Shown: piece after piece, positions 27,709 through 36,175 of the stretch
Numbering within the stretch: the first letter of the stretch is position 1
How the letters are laid out: each line of letters opens with the position of its first letter
NCBI GenBank assembly: GCA_016935525.1
Contig: JAFGQU010000012.1
Location: forward strand, 1,248-65,247
Length of the DNA: 64,000 nucleotides
From: Candidatus Omnitrophota bacterium
GTDB lineage: Bacteria; Omnitrophota; Gorgyraeia; Duberdicusellales; 4484-171
Direction: 5' to 3'
Position numbers and translations under genes: made by a program
Notes under the pieces: model-generated
The model's input: only the letters and a program-made list of their open reading frames with translations
Told to the model about the DNA's origin: nothing
Database searches by the model: none

Positions 27709-28488
27709 ATGTTAATTGTTCTACTTCTCTCTATTTTTCTTTCCGCTTGTGTCTCTACCGAATATAACGTCACGACTCATCGCGAAGATATCATGTTTTA
27801 TTCTGCCGACCGGGAAGTCGCGATGGGCCAAAGCGTTGCCAAACAGGTTGCTCAATATTACAAAATATCGCAAAACCCTTTTTATGTGGGCCGGGTAAAA
27901 GAGATGGGGGCGAAAATAGCCGAAGTCTGCGATCGTCAAGAGATCTCCTATTATTTTTATGTACTGGAACGTAAAGAAGACGATACCGATACCGAACCGT
28001 TGATCAACGCGTTCGCGTTACCCGGCGGGTATGTCTACATTTTTAAAGACCTTATGGACCTTCTGGATACCGAGGATGAACTCGCTTTCATTTTAGCGCA
28101 TGAAGTCGGGCATGTCGTTGCCCGGCACAGCATTAAAAAACTTCAGGCGATCATGGGATATAACCTGGTCGCGGCCGCGGCGACTCAAGTGAAGACCGGG
28201 CCGGGATTTCAGGAAGGATTGTCGTTGGCGATGTTACAGATCTTATCGGCATATTCGCAGGAAGATGAGTTCGATGCCGATGAACTTGCCGTTCAATACC
28301 TTACCCGGTTAGGATATGACCCTCTTTCGGGGATCGCGGTGATGGAAAAATTGTATGAAGCGAACAAAAAACAGCCGCGCCGGCCGCTGATGTATTTTCG
28401 TACCCACCCTTATGCCGCTCAACGTATCGGAAATATCAAAAAACAGTTGGGGATGCCGCTGGATATTTCCGATTATATGAACAAATAA
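27709..28488 (+). CDS. M48 family zinc metallopeptidase (lipoprotein)
   Basis: Lipobox LSACVS; HEVGHVVARH zinc-binding HExxH motif with downstream E. Confidence 0.75.
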   Translation: MLIVLLLSIFLSACVSTEYNVTTHREDIMFYSADREVAMGQSVAKQVAQYYKISQNPFYVGRVKEMGAKIAEVCDRQEISYYFYVLERKEDDTDTEPLINAFALPGGYVYIFKDLMDLLDTEDELAFILAHEVGHVVARHSIKKLQAIMGYNLVAAAATQVKTGPGFQEGLSLAMLQILSAYSQEDEFDADELAVQYLTRLGYDPLSGIAVMEKLYEANKKQPRRPLMYFRTHPYAAQRIGNIKKQLGMPLDISDYMNK

Positions 28489-28494
28489 TAGGCT

Positions 28495-29454
28495 TTATAG
28501 TGAGGATGCCTGGTTTAACGCGAACAGGACAATACAGCCCATAAGATTGTGAAGGCTGTGGAAGAAAATACTGTTGACCATGTTATGGGTGCGTTCGTAA
28601 AGAAAACATAACATGAAACTGAGGATAAATAACGGCAATACTACATTGTAAGTACGGTGGATCAACGAAAAGATGAGCGATACCAGGATAGTCGTCGCGA
28701 TAAACGACATACGTTTCCTTAACCAACCGTAAAGGAACCCGCGGAAAAAAAGTTCTTCGACGATAGGCCCGAGAACGACGATCTGAAGTATCAACAGATA
28801 CCGGGCCGGGTCATCTTTAAGCATAAAGTAAAGCGGGATCGCCGGGTTAAGGCCGGATTTAAGATGAAGAGAGCTTGCGATGAAATGGTTTACGAATGCC
28901 GCGGGAAAGATCAGCCATACGGTGATCGCGTAAAGGCCGGCGGCTTTAAACGGGATAAAATGATCTTTTCTTATCCCGAGTTCGGAAAACGGAATATACC
29001 GGGCGAGGATAAAAAATACGGATATCTCTAAGAAGATATTATAGAATATGGTGATCCGCGGCCAGTTGTTGTCGGGCCCGAATACAGCGATACCCAAAAT
29101 AGCGAGAGTCGCTAAAAACGTCGTCGCGGTGATAAGAGTGATGATCTTTAAATTATATTGATGGTCATAATGAAGCGTGGTCGTCCCGGGAGCTTGCGGA
29201 AACACTTTTTGTTTACGTAACGCCTGTATTATCCAGAATGCCGCGATCCCGATCCCGCCGGTAAACAGGATGAAATAGACAAAAAATACCAGCCGGAAAT
29301 ACGGCGCGTCCATAAAATTCTCCGATATGTCCGGGAGGGTAGGTATATCTTCCTGAGGCATTCCGGCGATATGATGAGTGGCCATCTGTACGGCAAACGC
29401 GCCCAACACGAAAATGATCGACAGGAAAATGAAAAGTTTGATTTTTTTAGTCAT
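28495..29454 (-). CDS. CPBP family intramembrane metalloprotease (CAAX protease-like)
   Basis: EELFFRGFLYGWL (EExxxR) and downstream FxxxH motifs, 7-8 TM helices; start taken at internal ATG 29454 (MTKKIKLF); the long ORF extends to 29559. Confidence 0.7.
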   Translation of the reverse strand: MTKKIKLFIFLSIIFVLGAFAVQMATHHIAGMPQEDIPTLPDISENFMDAPYFRLVFFVYFILFTGGIGIAAFWIIQALRKQKVFPQAPGTTTLHYDHQYNLKIITLITATTFLATLAILGIAVFGPDNNWPRITIFYNIFLEISVFFILARYIPFSELGIRKDHFIPFKAAGLYAITVWLIFPAAFVNHFIASSLHLKSGLNPAIPLYFMLKDDPARYLLILQIVVLGPIVEELFFRGFLYGWLRKRMSFIATTILVSLIFSLIHRTYNVVLPLFILSFMLCFLYERTHNMVNSIFFHSLHNLMGCIVLFALNQASSL

Positions 29455-29532
29455 AGTCTTTATAATTTTCTCATAAGACTCTAATGAGATTGTAAGGGGA
29501 AATCGGGTAATACACAAGGGGAAAATTCTAAT

Positions 29533-29575
29533 ATACGGGTCACATAGACACAAGGTCACAGAGTCACACGTGATT
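29533..29575. repeat. GTCACACG-family repeat (gggtcacatagacacaaggtcacagagtcacacgtg)
   Basis: Direct reading; family recurs at ten or more loci. Confidence 0.7.
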
Positions 29576-29789
29576 TAATGTCCGTCTTACGAATATCGGT
29601 TATGAAGCCCGTATCGGTATTCGTCTTTCGGTCACGGTTTTTAAAAAAAGTCGTTGCCGTTAACCGGCCGACGGAACCTGCCCGCCCTCACGAATGTTCG
29701 GGAGCAGGCGGACGGGCATCGTTACCGTTTGCCGAATGACGAATGATCACGTCATGTGTCGTGTGACATGGAGCAGTAAAGGAGAGATC

Positions 29790-30467
29790 ATGAAGAAACT
29801 AGCCGTATTGATGATATTATTATCGATGAGTATCGTCGCCTGCGGCCAGGGCGCCGAAAGAATAAAATTACCCCAGCCGCGATATAAGGGTGAAGCCTCT
29901 TTTGAAGAGGCGTTATATGCCCGTCATTCAGTACGCAGTTACGGATGTAAAGGGTTGATTCTTGATGAGATCTCTCAGTTACTCTGGGCGGCGCAGGGGA
30001 AATCCCAAAGCGGAAAACGTACCGCGCCGAGCGCGCACGCGTCTTATCCTATCGATGTCTATCTTGTGGTAGGGAAAGCCGAAGGGTTAGCCGGCGGGTT
30101 ATACAAATATGATCAGCCCGGCCATCAGCTTATCAAGGTAAAAGACGGCGACTTGCGTCACGAATTCCTGGTTGCCTGCCGCGGACAAGGGCAGGTGTTG
30201 ACTGCTCCGGTATCTATTGTATTGGTATGTCCTGAACGTAAAGATGAGATGAAATTCGTGTATATGGAAGCCGGACATATTGCCGAGAACGTGTATTTAC
30301 AGTCAACGGCGCTTAACCTTGGTACGGTTGTTATCGCGGGATTTGATGAAACAAAACTGAACGAGTTTCTGGGGCTTACCGAAGGCTCCCAACCCCTCTA
30401 TGTGATGCCGGTAGGGAGCGAGAGCGGCGGATGTAAAAAATGTCAGGGTGATGAATGTCCGAAATAA
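29790..30467 (+). CDS. SagB/ThcOx-type nitroreductase-family protein with signal peptide and Cys-rich C-terminal tail (GGCKKCQGDECPK)
   Basis: Signal peptide MKKLAVLMILLSMSIVACG; nitroreductase-fold motifs (ARHSVRSY, LLWAAQG, AGHIAENVYLQSTALNLG); long ORF starts at 29694. Confidence 0.65.
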   Translation: MKKLAVLMILLSMSIVACGQGAERIKLPQPRYKGEASFEEALYARHSVRSYGCKGLILDEISQLLWAAQGKSQSGKRTAPSAHASYPIDVYLVVGKAEGLAGGLYKYDQPGHQLIKVKDGDLRHEFLVACRGQGQVLTAPVSIVLVCPERKDEMKFVYMEAGHIAENVYLQSTALNLGTVVIAGFDETKLNEFLGLTEGSQPLYVMPVGSESGGCKKCQGDECPK

Positions 30468-31159
30468 TATTTACCTCAAGCGGCGGGAAAGACAGTATGT
30501 TCGCGTTATATACTCTGCAACAGTCCGGGATGTATCATATCGACAGGTTATTGACTACTATAACCGAAGGGTATGACCGGATCAGTATGCATGGGGTAAG
30601 ACGGCAACTGATTCATCAACAGGCCCGATCGCTCAGGATCCCTCTTGATATCGTTGAAATACCGAAAGACTCCTCGAATGAGGAGTATGAACAGCGGATG
30701 GGAAAGACGTTACTGCGCTATAAAGAACGTGGTATCGGCTCGGTCGCCTTCGGTGATCTGTTTTTAGAAGATGTGCGCGCGTACCGGATAAAGAACCTTT
30801 CAAAAGTATCTATGGACGCGATATTCCCGTTATGGGGCCAGGCTACGTCTTTACTCTCTCGCGCGTTCATCAATGCCGGGTTTAAAGCGATAGTGACCTG
30901 TGTTGATTCACACGTATTAGACCGGTCGTTTGTCGGGTGCGACTATGACGGCAAGTTTCTTGATGAGCTGCCGGATAGAGTAGACCCTTGCGGAGAAAAC
31001 GGGGAATTCCATTCGTTTGTCTATGACGGGCCGAATTTTTCTTATCCGGTAAGATTCGAAAAAGGCCGGATCCTATTAAAAAATAACCGGTTCTGGTATT
31101 GTGATCTGATCGAGACGGGTCGTGTAATGAAAAAAGAAGGAGTGGAAGAAGATGGATAA
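30455..31159 (+). CDS. PP-loop superfamily ATP pyrophosphatase (MJ0570 / diphthine-ammonia-ligase-like, COG2102)
   Basis: N-terminal SGGKDS PP-loop motif; overlaps upstream gene stop. Confidence 0.6.
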   Translation: MSEIIFTSSGGKDSMFALYTLQQSGMYHIDRLLTTITEGYDRISMHGVRRQLIHQQARSLRIPLDIVEIPKDSSNEEYEQRMGKTLLRYKERGIGSVAFGDLFLEDVRAYRIKNLSKVSMDAIFPLWGQATSLLSRAFINAGFKAIVTCVDSHVLDRSFVGCDYDGKFLDELPDRVDPCGENGEFHSFVYDGPNFSYPVRFEKGRILLKNNRFWYCDLIETGRVMKKEGVEEDG

Positions 31160-31886
31160 AAAAAATGTAATATTCTTAAGTATTGTCCTGATACTCTTTT
31201 CTGCCGGATGTGTCAAAGGGCCCGATGAAGCGGGAGAAAAGTTCAAGGTAATTGCTGAAGGATGTTTTAAAGATATGATGTCTTCTCAGATAGAACCCTG
31301 GAATTTAAAAGATCATTCCGAAGAGGAAATAGCAAAAGATAAAGAACGAATACAGGCGATTGTGAAAAAAACTCAGGAAAAATTGAGGCAGTTGGTGAAA
31401 GAGTATCCGCGCAGCCGTTGGGCCGACGATTCCCAGTCTTTACTCGCGTTTCTGTTATTAGAAACCCCGCCGCAACGTATGGAAGCGTTAAAATATTTAA
31501 TTGAAACGTATCCGCACGGTAGGTTCGAGGCGTGGACTGAAGAAAAATTCGGCCCTCTTTTGATCCGGGTAGAAGGTTTTCCTATGGAAGCGTCCGCGCG
31601 GATCGATCTTGTGGCAACGTATCTTATGGCCGGAGATATCGATAAAGCGGAAGAGACGCGATTAGCGCTGATAAAAAAGTATCCGAAACTAAAAGATCAG
31701 TTCTCTCAATCTCTGTTACCGCCGGATATAAATACGCAGGCGGGTGGTTGTTCGAATTGCGTGAACTGTCAGGGACAATCAGGAACAGTACCGGAGAATG
31801 AACCGGGGCAGCCGGCGGCATCTAAATCCTGCGGGAGTTGTCAGGAGAAGGCTAAGATGAGGGAAGCAACCGGGATAAAAGAGTAG
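31152..31886 (+). CDS. Lipoprotein with helical (TPR-like) body and Cys-rich C-terminal tail (GGCSNCVNCQGQSG...CGSCQEK)
   Basis: Lipobox LFSAGC; C-terminal tail resembles the tail of the upstream nitroreductase-family protein. Confidence 0.5.
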   Translation: MDKKNVIFLSIVLILFSAGCVKGPDEAGEKFKVIAEGCFKDMMSSQIEPWNLKDHSEEEIAKDKERIQAIVKKTQEKLRQLVKEYPRSRWADDSQSLLAFLLLETPPQRMEALKYLIETYPHGRFEAWTEEKFGPLLIRVEGFPMEASARIDLVATYLMAGDIDKAEETRLALIKKYPKLKDQFSQSLLPPDINTQAGGCSNCVNCQGQSGTVPENEPGQPAASKSCGSCQEKAKMREATGIKE

Positions 31887-31990
31887 GGTCACACGACACA
31901 TCCCGCACCGATATTTACATATCTAGCGGGACCCCGCTGTATAAAAATATTACGGAGCGGGGCGTCACATAGTCACACGTAATTGCGTTT
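31885..31990. repeat. GTCACACG-family repeats flanking a TAGCGGGACCCCG hairpin
   Basis: gggtcacacgacacatcccgcac ... ctagcgggaccccgctgtataaaaatattacggagcggggcgtcacatagtcacacgt; the TAGCGGGACCCCG word also occurs at 8315-8330. Confidence 0.65.
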
Positions 31991-31995
31991 ACCCG

Positions 31996-32538
31996 TTGAG
32001 GGGAAGAAATAGAGTATATATGGAGATGGAAAGGGTACTGGAGACGCCGAAAAAGATCAATCAAGAGTTTCTCGTCGAACATCCCCGGTTTGTAACCCAA
32101 AAACTGGTAGTCCGGCCGGCCGAAATATTTCGCGGCCCGCGGTTAGTGTTAAACGGAGAAGTACAACCGGAAATAGAGGGGAAATTTACCGTCACCGACG
32201 ATATCGGGAAAGAAACCGTGGTACGGTTGCTTTATAATATCGTCGATCCGGTCCCTATTATCGAGATCGACGGTGATCAGATATCGCTGGTCAAACCATT
32301 CCTGTGGTATCAACGGGTATGGGTCGGGTTACCGTTATTATTGATCTTTGTCGGTAAACTGTTCGGCGCGTTGTTAGGTATCGTTGCCGTACTCGTGAAC
32401 ATCCGCGTGTTTCGTAGCGATAAACCGCTGATCATCAGGTACCTGCGTATCGCTTGGGTCAATATCATGATGGCGCTGGTGTATTTCGTCCTCGCCTCGA
32501 GTTTTATGATGTTTATCAATTTGCTGAGACTGAAGTGA
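31996..32538 (+). CDS. Hypothetical membrane protein (N-terminal soluble domain, two C-terminal TM helices)
   Basis: ORF with good coding periodicity; no recognisable domain. Confidence 0.4.
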   Translation: MRGRNRVYMEMERVLETPKKINQEFLVEHPRFVTQKLVVRPAEIFRGPRLVLNGEVQPEIEGKFTVTDDIGKETVVRLLYNIVDPVPIIEIDGDQISLVKPFLWYQRVWVGLPLLLIFVGKLFGALLGIVAVLVNIRVFRSDKPLIIRYLRIAWVNIMMALVYFVLASSFMMFINLLRLK

Positions 32539-32654
32539 ATCACGTCACACGACACACGTCACATAGTCACACGTCGAAAAATTCCAATATACAATAAACA
32601 AATTACAAAATAGGGTCTACTATTTAGGAGATGTGTTGACAAAATGAAGAGATT

Positions 32655-32892
32655 CCAACCACAGAGGACACCGAGGGCACGGAGTAAAAATGAGAGGTTT
32701 CAATGAGAAGATATTTGGTTTCTTCCCATCGATGTTCGATGGGGGTCTCTTTGCAAAAACGGGAGAAAACCGGCAAAATATTTTCCGGTTTTCTTCGTTT
32801 TTACAAAGAAATACGCTTTTATGGAATAAAAGCACGAAACCAAATATCTTCATCTCTTCTCTGTGGAACTCTGTGAGCTCTGTGGTTAAATC
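32655..32892. mobile_element. MITE-like element copy 1 (TIR ttCCAACCACAGAGG ... CTCTGTGGTTaaat; cargo unrelated to copies 2 and 3)
   Basis: Shares ~30-bp termini with the elements at 35851-36089 and 37287-37526; interior full of hairpins; no ORF of significance. Confidence 0.6.
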
Positions 32893-32927
32893 TTCCCGGA
32901 TGGTTAATCCCTAGTAAATTAGTAAAG

Positions 32928-33070
32928 ATTTACGTCACACGTTGCCCTTCGGGCTCGCGAAGATGAGCACAGATTGAGAAGACCACAGATGATTGCAGAT
33001 ATCCTCGTATCCCCCCACCCTGCACCCGATACCCTGTACCCGGCACCCGAGATAGTAGAAACTGGACAGG
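32928..33070. repeat. Composite repeat: GTCACACG words + conserved 80-bp module + inverted GGGTGCAGGGTATCGGGTGCCG family
   Basis: 32932-33015 is ~90% identical to 48160-48237 (gcccttcgggctcgcgaagatgagcacagattgagaagaccacagatgattgcagatatcctcgtatcccc). Confidence 0.75.
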
Positions 33071-33298
33071 GAAAAGTGGAAAGGGGACAGGGGATTTGGG
33101 TTGAAAGATAGAGAAAATGGGGGTATTATAAAAAATAAGTGAGGTATCTAGTATAGACTATATAGAATTTATATCTATGAGGTTCACCTTTATAGACATA
33201 GGTATAAAAAGTTGACAAATCCCCTCTAAATATGGTATATTTAAATTGGTCAGTTTAATTGACTGGTCTTTTAAATAGACTACAAATAGGAGATAAAA

Positions 33299-33577
33299 AT
33301 GGCACACCTAACTATTACTACAACCAGTAACGCGAAAGCAAAATTTATTTCTATGGTACGGAAGGTTCATGATTTAGGACAGGCTTACATGATCACCCAT
33401 AGGGGAGAAGATTCTGCTGTATTGTTAAGCCATGAAGATTATGAAGGCCTTTTAGAGACAATTGATATTTTAAAAAATAATAAGATTATTGCGGAAATCA
33501 TGCAATCTTTGAAAGATCTCGAAGAGGGGGTCATCCATTCCTTTGAGGAAGTTGTTGGCAGACAACAGAAAAAATGA
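33299..33577 (+). CDS. Type II antitoxin, Phd/YefM family
   Basis: YefM-like N-terminal motif (AKAKFISMVRKVHDLGQAYMITHRGEDSAVLLSHEDYEGLLET); 4-nt overlap with toxin gene. Confidence 0.8.
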   Translation: MAHLTITTTSNAKAKFISMVRKVHDLGQAYMITHRGEDSAVLLSHEDYEGLLETIDILKNNKIIAEIMQSLKDLEEGVIHSFEEVVGRQQKK

Positions 33578-33864
33578 ACCGACAGAACGTTTATAGCATT
33601 TCTTTTACCCGCACTTCTAAAAAACAATTTAATTTTCTCCCCGGCAAAATAAAGAAAGAAATTGCTAAAATCTTAGAAGAAGAGTTAGCGTATAATCCTC
33701 TTTTAGGAAAGCCGCTGCAAGGGCCATTGAAGGGATTGCGTTCTCAAAGAGTCGGAGTGCTGAGGATCATATATAAGATAGTGCAAGACGAATTGGTTAT
33801 AATAGTGATCAGTCTTGAGCATAGGAAAAGTGTATATCGTAGCCACAAATTGAAGAAGAAATAA
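33574..33864 (+). CDS. Type II toxin, RelE/ParE family
   Basis: 96 aa; RelE-fold motifs (YSISFTRTSKKQF, LRSQRVGVLRIIYKI); ATGA overlap with upstream antitoxin. Confidence 0.75.
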   Translation: MNRQNVYSISFTRTSKKQFNFLPGKIKKEIAKILEEELAYNPLLGKPLQGPLKGLRSQRVGVLRIIYKIVQDELVIIVISLEHRKSVYRSHKLKKK

Positions 33865-33971
33865 CTTCCCTTTGTGCTCTCCCGAAGTGTCGTTCCCTGA
33901 ATGGACCGTCGTTCGTCGACCGTCGCACGTGATTCGTCGTTAGTAAGCAGAAACGGGTAGAAAGAAAAAAT

Positions 33972-34688
33972 ATGGGAAATGATATTGTGAAAATCATAAT
34001 ATATTCTTTATTTTCCGGGATTACCATATTTCTCGGAGGATTACTGGCATTGCTATTTGAAAAAATGCCAAGATGGAATATGAGAGAGTACATAGTACAT
34101 ACTTCAATCGCTTTTGGCGGAGGAGTGTTGGTTGCCGCGGTTGCGTTTGTCCTTACCCCGCGTGGTATCGAACTGTTTGCGGTACAGAAATTCACGTTGA
34201 TATTTCTTGCCGGCTCGGTCACGTTTTTTCTTATCGACCGGGGTCTCGAACGAAAAGGCGGTGCCGTCGCTCAGGTATTGGCGATGATGATGGATTTCGT
34301 ACCGGAAGCGATCGCGTTAGGTGCGGTATTTGCGCACGATCATCGGACCGGATTACTGTTAGCGTTGTTTATCGGGTTACAGAATTTGCCGGAATCGTTT
34401 AACGCCTATTCAGACCTGCGAAGCAGCGGGTTCGGCCCGGTACGGATATTGTCGGCCTTTGTCCCGTTAAGTCTTACCGGTATCGCCGGCGCGTTGTTAG
34501 GGAACCGTTTCCTCATCGATAGGCCTCAACTTATTGCTGGGTTGATGTTGTTTTCTGCCGGGGGGATATTGTATCTTATCTTCCAGGATATCGCGCCGTT
34601 ATCGAAAGTGAGACGGCGCTGGGGTCCGGCTTTGGGGGCGACGATAGGATTTGTTATCGGGATGATCGGGACAAAAATGTTGGGATAA
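33972..34688 (+). CDS. ZIP family metal (Zn/Fe) transporter
   Basis: Eight-TM ZIP topology, conserved HD..H and GLQNLPE motifs (FAHDHRTG, GLQNLPESF). Confidence 0.75.
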   Translation: MGNDIVKIIIYSLFSGITIFLGGLLALLFEKMPRWNMREYIVHTSIAFGGGVLVAAVAFVLTPRGIELFAVQKFTLIFLAGSVTFFLIDRGLERKGGAVAQVLAMMMDFVPEAIALGAVFAHDHRTGLLLALFIGLQNLPESFNAYSDLRSSGFGPVRILSAFVPLSLTGIAGALLGNRFLIDRPQLIAGLMLFSAGGILYLIFQDIAPLSKVRRRWGPALGATIGFVIGMIGTKMLG

Positions 34689-34691
34689 ATA

Positions 34692-34768
34692 AGAACGTAA
34701 CGCGGGACGCGACACGCGTAACGCGTGGAAATCCCTCCGGGCAGTTAATTCCTAGTAAATTTGTAAAG
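34692..34768. repeat. ACGTAACGCGG word repeat + TAATYCCTAGTAAATTWGTAAAG module
   Basis: aacgtaacgcgggacgcgacacgcgtaacgcgtgg ... ttaattcctagtaaatttgtaaag; related copies at 43522-43560 and 32905-32930. Confidence 0.65.
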
Positions 34769-34815
34769 TTCCATAAAAACCCGTTCTCGTTGAAAAGAAC
34801 GGGCAGATTGTGTTC

Positions 34816-34911
34816 TGGCGGAGAGGGTGGGATTTGAACCCACGGTCCCACTTTAGGGCGGGACTTCCGATTTCGAATCGGACCCATTCAACCGGGCTCT
34901 GGCACCTCTCC
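34816..34911 (-). tRNA. tRNA-Ser (anticodon CGA), long variable arm
   Basis: Reverse complement reads GGAGAGGTGCCAGAGCCCGGTTGAATGGGTCCGATTCGAAATCGG...GTGGGTTCAAATCCCACCCTCTCCGCCA; encoded CCA; hairpin terminator downstream at 34775-34800. Confidence 0.85.
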
Positions 34912-35286
34912 GATACATAGCGGATAGCTGTTAGCGGATAGAACGATTTATATGAAAAAATTCTCTTCTCGTCTAATCTCTAGCCGTTTGCCGTTATACG
35001 CTGGATTTCTGATAAGTTTACCGTGAACCGATGATTCCGTCAAGGTGGCCCTTAATAACCAGATCACACCTCGTAGGTGTGATCTTTGAGGTTTTTTAAC
35101 GACGGGCTGAACGGGCAAACGGGATAACTTGATAATCCGTCAAGATTGAGGATTCGAAAGGTTTTTAGACTCACGACGTACGACTTTCTGTTTTTTCTTG
35201 CTACTTACTATCGGATAATTTCTGGTCTACGGACTATCGAATGTGGTCTCTGGTCTTTCGTCTCACCGCTATCCGCTCACCGCTAT

Positions 35287-35715
35287 TCAAAAGTCCTGCC
35301 GTATCGCGATTGCTTCGTCTTCGTCAAGCCGGCCGTCATGGTTGATATCGTACATCTGTTCGAAATGGGTCACGGCCGGGGCGGATCCCGATTTCTTTAT
35401 TTCTTTATATTTATCGTATAATAACCGTTTGGTCTCGGCCGGCATTAACCAGCCGTCTTTGTCTCGATCGTATTGTTGTTCGGCGAAGTTAGAGACCATA
35501 TATTGGTAGGTACGCCATTCCCGGCGTTTGTCTATCCATTTGTTTGATACCCGGTCCCGTTCGGTTTGGAACAGGTTGTATTGGACTTTTTCGGTACGAG
35601 TGATTTTCCCGTCACGGTTTAAATCGACCGGATGGTACCGGTGGGTATGGGCGCATCCCGGCATAAGAGAAATAGTCATCAGGCCTACCATGAGGATGTT
35701 CAGCCGTTTGTTCAT
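35287..35715 (-). CDS. EF-hand calcium-binding lipoprotein
   Basis: Lipobox LMPGC; two DxDxDG-type loops (DLNRDGKITRTE, DINHDGRLDEDE). Confidence 0.6.
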   Translation of the reverse strand: MNKRLNILMVGLMTISLMPGCAHTHRYHPVDLNRDGKITRTEKVQYNLFQTERDRVSNKWIDKRREWRTYQYMVSNFAEQQYDRDKDGWLMPAETKRLLYDKYKEIKKSGSAPAVTHFEQMYDINHDGRLDEDEAIAIRQDF

Positions 35716-35850
35716 ATAGATCTTATTTTAACAAATTACCGGCAATTTTCAATTTTTTGATATAAAAAATATCTATGCCATTCATAGATCTATTGATAAT
35801 TATAGGGTTTTTTGTATTATTCCAGAAGATGCGTCCATAGAACGGATGGC

Positions 35851-36089
35851 TTTTCAACCACGGAGGACACAGAGAGCACAGAGAGGAATTGAGGGTATCC
35901 TCAATATTTGAGAAAATCTGTAATACTCAAACGCTCATTGAGCGTTTTGGGTCAGGGAGCGCAGGGCGCGTAAATAAAAAGGATTTTTTATTTCGCTGCC
36001 TGCGCTCCCTGAATGTTCCTGCGAGAGATATCTCGCAGGGTAATTACAGATTTTTTGCTCCGTGAACTCCGTGAGCTCTGTGGTTAAAT
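35851..36089. mobile_element. MITE-like element copy 2 (TIR ttCAACCACGGAGG ... CTCTGTGGTTaaat; internal 118-bp module in orientation A)
   Basis: Near-identical termini to copy 3; interior = three hairpins bounded by 12-bp inverted repeats AAAATCTGTAAT/ATTACAGATTTT. Confidence 0.75.
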
Positions 36090-36175
36090 ATCTTTCTGTG
36101 TAAAAAGGCCTTTTCGATTATACAAAATATCATAGTTGTCAAAGGGTACCGGAAACGGTATAATTAACCTTAATA

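Noticed and set aside
32620-32914. Two overlapping small ORFs (32690-32914 +, 32620-32853 -) as protein-coding genes
   Set aside because: Both lie entirely within MITE-like copy 1, overlap each other on opposite strands, and have low-complexity translations dictated by the hairpin repeats.
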